Positions 29,051 through 36,348 of a DNA stretch of 64,000 nt are shown one piece after another. The notes under the pieces were generated by a model. It was not told the origin of the DNA, made no database searches, and was given only the letters and a program-made list of their open reading frames with translations. Position 1 is the first letter of the stretch. Every line of letters begins with the position of its first letter. The stretch comes from Acidobacteriota bacterium (GTDB lineage Bacteria > Acidobacteriota > UBA6911 > RPQK01 > JAJDTT01). Both the position numbers and the translations under genes were made by a program. The stretch is from contig OZ242374.1 in assembly GCA_965209055.1 (NCBI GenBank), positions 544,001-608,000 on the forward strand, in the 5' to 3' direction.

Positions 29051-29229
29051 GATGAGAGTTCGTGTTGGTCAAAGTGCAGCACCGGGCCAACCGGCATTTT
29101 CTCCGAGGATTTGGCCCGCCGGCGAACCGCAGTCTATCCTTTACCCGAATCTTGAACCAATCAGGCCCCCTTTGGCCTGGGTAAAGGGCCTCACGACGTG
29201 GGCCGCGAATAATTGTCGGTAAGTCCGTT

Positions 29230-29247
29230 ACCGTAAATGGTTACGGT
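29230..29247. promoter_or_regulatory. Perfect palindrome between the divergent nuclease genes (operator or recombination site)
   Basis: ACCGTAA-ATGG-TTACGGT, 7-bp arms with a 4-bp spacer. Confidence 0.45.
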
Positions 29248-29511
29248 TGGACCTTTGACCGCTCTCGCTGAACCCACCCTCAGTGCGAAGGCGTTTTATC
29301 CGGTGCTAGAGCGTGCCGGCCACGTCGCCTGCTTCGCCGCGGCCGGGTTCTTCTCCGCCCGGATCTCGAACCCGAAACAGGTCGGGCCGACGCCCGGGCT
29401 GTCGGGTGGTTCTTCAATTTTTGCGAGCGCGAGGATATGGATCTCGCCCGCGTCACGCGCGGCCCGGCCGGGCGCTTCCTGACTACCGGCTGCTCGGAGG
29501 AGGGTGGACTC

Positions 29512-30837
29512 ATGGAAGGCGACCTGCGGAACCTGATCGACGACCCCCGGTTCCGGGCATACCAGCGGGAACTCCTGACGCCAAGGGAATTCAACACGTT
29601 CGATGTTCTCCGGTACGCGAATTACGAAATCCGCCACAGCAACGTGCTGGCGTGGCTGCTCCGTCCCAACGACACTCACGGTATCGGCACACGGTTCCTG
29701 AAATGGTTCGTCCATCACGTCAATAGGCGACTCGCGGCGGGGGAGATGGAGCGTCTTCCCCAAACCAGCTTCGAGGCGGCGAATGTCGCTGTATGGAGAG
29801 AGCGGGACCACGTCGACGTCACGGTCTGCTTCAAGAGGGAAAAGTGTTTGATTGCCGTCGAGAACAAGACGGAATCCGCATCTTCCGTCCATCGCCACCA
29901 AGTCATGGGCTACGAACGCAAGCTACGACGAAAGCACACGGACCACACGGTGAGAAGTGTCCTGTTGACCACCTCGCCGGACGGAAGCGTCAACTTCCCT
30001 GGTATTGCCCATGTGGGTTGGGGGTCCGTCCACGAAGCCATCCGTGAATTCCTTATGGATGGGGAGTTCCAGTCTCCAAGTGTGCAGGCCTTCATCGAGC
30101 AGTACCTCGACATGGTCGGGAGGTGGTACCGTCCCGCCGCCGGCGAGGGCTTCACGGCGCTTCTCGACGACCATCGCTCCATCCTGAAGGAGATGCGCCG
30201 GGTCCTGGAGAAGGACGGAGACGACGGCGTCCGCGGGATGGTGTCGGAGGATGAAACAGACTGTGGCGCCGCGCTCATCCGGCTGGTGAGACAATCCAGG
30301 CACGATCCGAAGAAACTGAGGTCCAGGGTGGCAAACCATTTAAAGGGCCGGGGCCTTACGCCGGGGTATGCCCACAACCCCTCGCGGCCCGTTTACTGGT
30401 TGGTGTGGACGGACACTACCCTGGCTGACGCCGCGCAGGGCATGGGCGGCCACCGTGGCGCCCTTTCCTGGGACATGGGATTCACACATTATGGCGTCGA
30501 GATGGATTTCAATTTCTACAGCAAGAGCAGCAGGGAGCGTTCGTTCGTGGATCGGCTAAAGAGTTTTATCGAGAAGACGCCGATCAACAGACAGAAATCA
30601 GACGGGTACTCCTTCGTGGACGAGGGATACGGCTGGGAAAGGGTCTATCGCGAGGAGATCCTATCCCACGAAGAACTTGTCGAAATGTCGGCGCCCGAAG
30701 TCGAGGACGAAGTGATCCGAAGATTGAAAGACTTCATGGATTCGGACGATTCGGAGTACAGACGCATTGACGACTACTTCCAGTGCCTTGCCTTCAGATC
30801 GGACGAGTTGGCATCCACGCGAGAGGACTCGCCGTGA
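29512..30837 (+). CDS. PD-(D/E)XK nuclease family protein (PDDEXK_4-like N-terminus, unknown C-terminus)
   Basis: EIRHSNVLAWLLRPNDTHGIG..FL, WRE..VDV, IAVENK and HQVMGYE; GGAGG RBS upstream. Confidence 0.85.
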   Translation: MEGDLRNLIDDPRFRAYQRELLTPREFNTFDVLRYANYEIRHSNVLAWLLRPNDTHGIGTRFLKWFVHHVNRRLAAGEMERLPQTSFEAANVAVWRERDHVDVTVCFKREKCLIAVENKTESASSVHRHQVMGYERKLRRKHTDHTVRSVLLTTSPDGSVNFPGIAHVGWGSVHEAIREFLMDGEFQSPSVQAFIEQYLDMVGRWYRPAAGEGFTALLDDHRSILKEMRRVLEKDGDDGVRGMVSEDETDCGAALIRLVRQSRHDPKKLRSRVANHLKGRGLTPGYAHNPSRPVYWLVWTDTTLADAAQGMGGHRGALSWDMGFTHYGVEMDFNFYSKSSRERSFVDRLKSFIEKTPINRQKSDGYSFVDEGYGWERVYREEILSHEELVEMSAPEVEDEVIRRLKDFMDSDDSEYRRIDDYFQCLAFRSDELASTREDSP

Positions 30838-30912
30838 CCAGTTGGATGAGTTCAACGCTCTGATGGAGCACGCGCTGGAGCATCCCACGTGGCTCGTGCG
30901 CCGGAGCGGACG

Positions 30913-31170
30913 GTGAGCGGAGATGCGGGATCGGAAATTCGATTTGAAGCGGTCTATGTGGAGGCTCAGAACGGACGTGGCAACCAGTTCGCTCACGCTT
31001 GCCCACGTTGTGACGAGCGGCTGAAGCGCGAAGGCGACGGGCCCTCGAAACGCTGGCGTGTCGTGAAGCCCGGTCCGGTGGCTCCCTTCGTGGGCGATCG
31101 AGTTCCCCGGTGTCGGTTGTGCAAGCGGCCGCTGGTCCGGGTCGGGAGCCAGCAGCAGGGGTTGTTTTGA
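30913..31170 (+). CDS. Small putative Zn-ribbon protein
   Basis: CPRC...CRLC; the GTG start overlaps an upstream TGA. Confidence 0.45.
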   Translation: MSGDAGSEIRFEAVYVEAQNGRGNQFAHACPRCDERLKREGDGPSKRWRVVKPGPVAPFVGDRVPRCRLCKRPLVRVGSQQQGLF

Positions 31171-31391
31171 GGGCTCCAGAAAGATATTTACAGGTGATCT
31201 TTCCCGGAGGAGATTGTGCGATCTTTCGGGCGGAGTCGGTGAAGTGGGATCGGCGCGCCGGAACGTTGACCTTGGCGCGTTCCGGCCGATCCTCCGTGTT
31301 CGAGCATTGGGGGTCGAGCCTTCAGGTCACCGCTTGGAGGTGGGTCGACGGGTCGGTCCGCGACCGGACCTGGAGGCTGAAGAGCCGATAG
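31167..31391 (+). CDS. Small hypothetical protein
   Basis: TTG start overlaps the previous stop (TTGA); no family recognised. Confidence 0.4.
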   Translation: MRAPERYLQVIFPGGDCAIFRAESVKWDRRAGTLTLARSGRSSVFEHWGSSLQVTAWRWVDGSVRDRTWRLKSR

Positions 31392-31451
31392 GTTGGGAGG
31401 CCCATCAGATCACGACGAGTTGATCTTAAGGAGGGTGAGCGGCTGGAAAAC

Positions 31452-31838
31452 TTGAAGATTGCCGACTTGATCGGCCGCGCGCCGTGGCGGGAAGCCGTCA
31501 CCTACCGGAACACATGGCCCCATGAGTACGTCCTCAGCCGCAAAGATGGCCAGGATGAGTTGATCGAGTTGGTCTGTGCCCGTTTCCGTGCCGGGGAGGG
31601 AGTTGACGGCACCTTCTTCAGTATGCGGAACACCTACCTGTTCATCGGCGAGTACAAATACTGGCTCATGACCCATTGGGACGCTATCGACCTCGACGAT
31701 GGCCAGAACTATGTGCTCAACCGGGCGCGCCTGTATCGCGACCGGCGTGACTTCGTCATTCAGGCTGGAGATACGGGGAAGCGCGAGGACTATCCCACCA
31801 AGCCGCCCAAGCCGCATTCGCCTACTTATTCTGAGTAA
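31452..31838 (+). CDS. Small hypothetical protein (PHEY...YKYWLM...LNRA motif)
   Basis: Globular composition with GC3-rich codons; start uncertain. Confidence 0.65.
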   Translation: MKIADLIGRAPWREAVTYRNTWPHEYVLSRKDGQDELIELVCARFRAGEGVDGTFFSMRNTYLFIGEYKYWLMTHWDAIDLDDGQNYVLNRARLYRDRRDFVIQAGDTGKREDYPTKPPKPHSPTYSE

Positions 31839-33225
31839 GGCACCCCACCTCGCCGGCTGAAGCGTTCTGGGCAGCTTCTTCTGGTCCTTTTCCCCGCAGG
31901 ATTTCCATTAATTTCAGTTAACAGATGTAGTCCAAAAGATCGTCACCTGTGGAAGGAAAACGCGTACTGATGGTGCGCCTCGCGGCAGCGGGGATTCCGA
32001 ACCATGACTCGGTGGAGGGAATGCAGGGAGAAGAAAGGGGTGGAGTCAGGGTTACCCAGCTCCGTCCTGTAGCCGAATATCGAGATCATCTAGGCTACCC
32101 ATCGAGTAGATTGCACCATCTCAAAGTCCTAAGGCAATCAATAGAAATGTCGTTGCTCCAAGCTGCGAAAGTATGAACATGCCCCGGTCGATCCGCTCGA
32201 TGATCGTCTCTTGAGGAAAGGTTGCAATACCGACCCCACCACGACCCAGCGTCGCGGTTAGTGCCACGCCGACAGCAATGATCCTGAGCCAATTTCGGGG
32301 TCCATTTGGAAATGAACCTAGGAAATATAAAACCACCAATACTATAGTGATCAGGCCAAAAACAGCTGAAAAAGCCCGCCAGAATCGTCGCCGCAGGATA
32401 GCTGCACGGTCGTGGAACTAATGAGGTTCCGTTAGCTCCTCCGGGAACCAGCAACCTCCAAGTCGAAAAAATAGTCCGGGAGACCATAGGTAGATGATCA
32501 CACCAAGCAGCAGAATTTTGATTCGTTCAACCATGGATAACGCACTCCTGTCGCTGATTTCCTACGGGCAACAACTCTAGCACCAGTTTGGCGGCGTCTG
32601 GTCAGATTCTCTGGTCCGTGTTCCGGCTGGCCTCCTCTTGGGAGCCACACGAGAGCGTTCCCGCTGTTCCCGCAAATTGTGCGGGCCTCAGATCCGGTTC
32701 GCACTACTCGCCACAGCGGGGGCAACGGGTGTGGACCCCTTGGTAGCCACAGTGCTGAAAATGACGGGATCACCGCCTTCAAGGACACATCAGAAAATGT
32801 GATTTTCTCTCCGGGATGCGCTCACCCGGTTGGGGAAAAAGAGGAGCTAGGGCGCTCCGGTTGGCGGAGAAATTAGGGCATCAGGGGTGTGACTCAGAAT
32901 ACGATAAAGTATGCTATGCGGGTCTGTCCGGTAGGGCTGATCGGAGACGAGTAAGGGGTAAAATCCCTCACGCGGCTCGACCCGGAACTCCCGGCATCCG
33001 GCATCGGTTCGCTCGAACTTCATGAGGGTGACCGAGGCGCGGCCTCGCTGGAAGCTTCGATTGCCACAGTTCGGACAGCGGTAAACGCGGCGGTCGCGGA
33101 GCCTCTCCACCGCCTGCTTCCGGAGCGCCTCCAGCCGTTGCTTGTGGATATCAGGGATCCTCATACATCTCATCTTGCCCGTCAGGGGTGTCATTTGTCG
33201 CCTTCCCGCAAGGGATATTTTGGAA

Positions 33226-33316
33226 GGGAGCGACCCCCCCAGGGGGTGTTGCGCAGATGTAAATTGCGCAACACCTCCGTGCCCGCACCGGGCAGGAAAA
33301 AGGGGGGGTCGCTCCC
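33226..33316. repeat. Nested inverted repeat (15-bp outer stem, 11-bp inner stem)
   Basis: GGGAGCGACCCCCCC (33226-33240) / GGGGGGGTCGCTCCC (33302-33316) enclose GGTGTTGCGCA (33245-33255) / TGCGCAACACC (33265-33275). Confidence 0.85.
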
Positions 33317-33495
33317 GTCCACCTCCACTTTCCCCGTGCGGCCACCCGGTGGCCGGAAATGGGGCCGTAACCGCAAGAGGGGCAAGGAGATCGGGGAACT
33401 CGCGCGTGTAAGTGAAATCACTCCCCTGATGTAAGTCGCCCCCGTTGTCTCACTTACACTCCCGGATCGACACCGGGAAGCCCTTTCGCCTCCCC

Positions 33496-33830
33496 ATGAA
33501 CCTCGTCGGTCCGCAGGTGACGCAGCTGTCGCAGGCGCTGGAGGCGCTGGGCCTTTCCCGGTGGCTGTTCCCGGGCCGCCACTATGCCGGCCATGCCCAG
33601 GGACGGAGTCGGTACTTCCCCCGCAAGCTCCCCCTGGCCCTGGAGGAAGACCGGGCGACCTTCGTCTACGTCGATCCCGGCCGGGACACCGACTCGGAGT
33701 TGCTCTCGTGGGAGGCGGAGCACACCCGGCTCTTGGCCGCGTTGCGCGCACGGAACCGACCGGTCCACGTCGTCGCGGTGGCCCGCGACGACCTCCGGCG
33801 TGAGCGGGCCACCGCCCCTATCCCGCAAAA
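33496..33830 (+). pseudogene. Internal fragment of a mobile-element protein (replication/relaxation-like, tentative)
   Basis: Protein-like stretch LEALGLSRWLFPGRHY...RYFPRKLPLAL...FVYVDPG...LLAALR...VHVVAVARD with no credible start and a degenerate tail. Confidence 0.4.
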
Positions 33831-34200
33831 CCGCATCCGTATCGACCAGGGCCGAACCTGTCGGTCCGGATTCCAGCGGAAACCGGGGGAGAGTTGTGGA
33901 GCGCCTGAGGGGGGCCGGGCGCGCCCGGTCCCGGGTGGACCCTGTGGATGTCGTGGATGCACGGGCTGCAAGGAACACGGAAAGTCCCATTGACGGCAAT
34001 GTGGCGGACCGCTCCCGGACCGTGTTCCACCTCCGTCGGTCCTGTCCGTCGAAGTCCCGGGATGTGAAACAGACATGGGGGGGGGTGTTCCACTCTCGGA
34101 GCGGCGAGTTTCACAAGCCCCGTTTCCGCCATCCTGTTGAGCCCCTTCGGGTTGTCCCCGTCCCTCCGGAGGAGGCGCGCCCGGACGGGGAGTCCGGGTA

Positions 34201-34313
34201 GAAGAAGTGAGTGACCCCCCTGTTTTCGTGCCTCGCACGTCACGCAAGCGCTGCCAGTGTTCCACTCCGTTGCACACCGGCGCGGCATGCACGGGGGGGT
34301 CGCTCACTTCTTC
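34201..34313. repeat. 20-bp inverted repeat related to the 33226-33316 element
   Basis: GAAGAAGTGAGTGACCCCCC (34201-34220) / GGGGGGTCGCTCACTTCTTC (34294-34313), 19/20 complementary. Confidence 0.85.
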
Positions 34314-34848
34314 ATTGATCCCTGCGGGAAGGCCACTGCGAAGATGGGGGAAGGGAGAATTCCAGTCTGTCGTGAGAGAATGCGCCGCATGGGAGAGGAC
34401 AACGGAAACTTGCAATGGGAGGCCAAGCAAGCGTCTCAGGCGCTTGTCGATGGTCACCCCGACGGAGCGACCTGTTGCCAACGGTTCCAACTCGATCACC
34501 CGCTTCAGCGCGGGCCTCACCCCACCGTAGGAATCGAGCCGCGTGTGCTGGATCGCTTTCGGAAACGCGAGTAACATCAACTTGGTGATGCAGAGTTCGC
34601 AGACCACAAAACGGACTGCGGCCGTTTGGAGATATCCCCACTCCGGCAGCGCCTCGCGGTGGATCCTGGACAACGTCCAAGGGCCTATCCCGAACCCTTG
34701 GCCCGGCCTCACCAAGCCAACACAGGCGAAATGGCGGGCTTGTTTTTTCGGGAGTTCTCGAAGATTGCGCCTGAGTGGGTTTTAGGCGGCATATCGGCGG
34801 ACAATGGCTTCGCGTAGACCTTCAAGCTGGCGCTCTACGCACGGCGTA

Positions 34849-36072
34849 TCAATGGAGCCGTCCGGCCGCCGGGTCTCGACTCTCGCCAGCCAGGTAGTCC
34901 GCCCAGTCGTCCATAAGTCGGCGCCGGCGTTCGAACAGGTCCGTGCGCCGGTAGGCGGCCTCGACCGGGTTGCGCACCTTGTGCGCCAAAGCCGCCTCCG
35001 CCACTTCGCGCGGATGATCCGTCTCCTCCGCCGCCCAGTCCCGGAAACTCGACCGGAAGCCGTGCGGCACGGCCGCGATCCTCAACCTCCGGAGCAGGCC
35101 CGCTATCGCCGTGTTCCCGACTGGCTTTCCGCGCACACTCGGAAACACGAATGGGCCAACGCCACCGAGCACCCGCGCCTGATCGAGGATCTCCAATGCA
35201 CGACGACTGAGCGGGACCCGGTGCTCCCGATTCCCCTTTGTCCGGCGCGCCGGGATGGTCCACACCCCTTCCTCCCGGTCGATCTCCGTCCAAGCCGCCC
35301 TGCGGACCTCGCCGGAGCGTGTCGCCGTCAGCACCAGGAACTCGAACGCCAGCTTCAACAACGGCCGCGTGTTGGACGCCTGCACCGACTGGATCGCAGC
35401 CTCTACCTCGCGGTGGGGCAACGCCCGCATGTGACGCACAACCTTCCCCTGCGCACCGAGCACCGGGCCGATCCGGTCACAGGGGTTGTCGGGCCGAAGA
35501 TCCATCGCCACGGCCCACTCCAGGACCGCGCGGATGCGCTGGCGCAGCTTGCGGGCGGTGGAGGCCTTCTCGTGCCAGATCGGAGCGAGGATGCCGATCA
35601 GGTCGGCGCTCGTCACCTCCGCAATCGGCATCTCACCGATGCGAGGGAAGGCGTGGTGCTCCAGGCTCCCCAGCCAGAGCCGCGCATGCCGGGGGGAGCG
35701 CCAGCCCGGCCGCAGTTGCTTCCAGACCGTCCGGGTGGCGTCAGCGAAGGTGGGCATCGACTTGGACTCCCGCTTCCCGGCCCGGGGGTCGCCCCCCTCG
35801 CGGGCCAGCTTCCGGTTGGCGAACGCCTTCTCGCGCGCTTCCTTGAGCGAGACGAGGGGGAATCCACCGAGTCCGAGTTCGGCTCGGCGGCCACGGATGG
35901 TGAGACGTTGAATCCAGCCCCGGCTGCCCGTGGGCCGGACGTCGAGATAAAGGCCCTGGCCGTCGCAGTAGCGTCCGGCCTGATTCACGTTGCGGACGAA
36001 GACCGGGGTCAGGGCGTTGAGGGGATGCTGCCCGCGCGGCTTGCGTTTTGGGGGACGTTTCACAAGTGTCAT
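34849..36072 (-). CDS. P4-like tyrosine integrase (arm-binding, core-binding and catalytic domains)
   Basis: YCDGQGLYLDV...ELGLGGFPLVSLKEAREKA; LTATRSGE, PHGFRSSFRDW, ALAH and AAYRRTDLFERRR. Catalytic R-K-H-R-H-Y appears intact. Confidence 0.95.
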   Translation of the reverse strand: MTLVKRPPKRKPRGQHPLNALTPVFVRNVNQAGRYCDGQGLYLDVRPTGSRGWIQRLTIRGRRAELGLGGFPLVSLKEAREKAFANRKLAREGGDPRAGKRESKSMPTFADATRTVWKQLRPGWRSPRHARLWLGSLEHHAFPRIGEMPIAEVTSADLIGILAPIWHEKASTARKLRQRIRAVLEWAVAMDLRPDNPCDRIGPVLGAQGKVVRHMRALPHREVEAAIQSVQASNTRPLLKLAFEFLVLTATRSGEVRRAAWTEIDREEGVWTIPARRTKGNREHRVPLSRRALEILDQARVLGGVGPFVFPSVRGKPVGNTAIAGLLRRLRIAAVPHGFRSSFRDWAAEETDHPREVAEAALAHKVRNPVEAAYRRTDLFERRRRLMDDWADYLAGESRDPAAGRLH

Positions 36073-36228
36073 ACCCACCACTATACCCCCACAATATCGT
36101 GGATGCAAGGGGATGGAGCGGATCGGTATGGGACATCAGCAGACGTCAGAAATCCTGGTAAGTCACGGATAAACAGACACTTATGTACAGTACTGGACAT
36201 ATCTGGACGCTATATCCGTTCTCACAAC
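36071..36228. other. Putative att arm region of the integrase
   Basis: Direct repeats ATACCCACCA (36071) / ATACCCCCAC (36083), an AT-richer tract, tandem CTGGAC repeats (36193, 36203), ending at TTCTCACAAC where a palindromic repeat begins. Confidence 0.45.
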
Positions 36229-36232
36229 TACA

Positions 36233-36348
36233 GCCCGTCGGACTGCGTTGCGATTCGCTCACATACTCCCGGTATGCTCACGAATCGCGCCTTGTCCGGC
36301 GGGCGCAGGAACGGTCTCGGTGCTCGCGGGACTTTCACCACGGACTGC
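36233..36348. repeat. Palindromic REP/MITE-like repeat forming the right end of the island
   Basis: Nested stems GCCCGTCGGAC/GTCCGGCGGGC, GCGATTCG/CGAATCGC and CATAC/GTATG, followed by the terminal IR. Confidence 0.7.

Larger units (their letters stand above)
27456..36348. mobile_element. Non-autonomous cargo island bounded by IS-like terminal inverted repeats
   Basis: Left GCAGCCCGTGGTAAAAGTC (27456-27474) versus reverse complement of right 36330-36348, GCAGTCCGTGGTGAAAGTC: 17/19 identical. TA lies on both outer sides. The interior is lower-GC, fragment-rich and contains an integrase. Confidence 0.7.

Noticed and set aside
28400-31900. Integron cassette array
   Set aside because: No attC-like RYYYAAC...GTTRRRY structures were found, the genes are not co-oriented, and the integrase is P4-type rather than IntI.
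31860-33194. Lower-GC ORFs (membrane fragments at 32095-32487; CPNC ORF at 32847-33194)
   Set aside because: They are short and broken, with no recognisable family; probably decayed cargo, so not called as genes.
34320-34840. ORF fragments downstream of the integrase
   Set aside because: The coding strand is ambiguous and there are no motifs.
36219-36245. radC (HNHPSG) insertion target
   Set aside because: The frame reads HNYSPSD with only a partial resemblance, and no radC halves flank the island.
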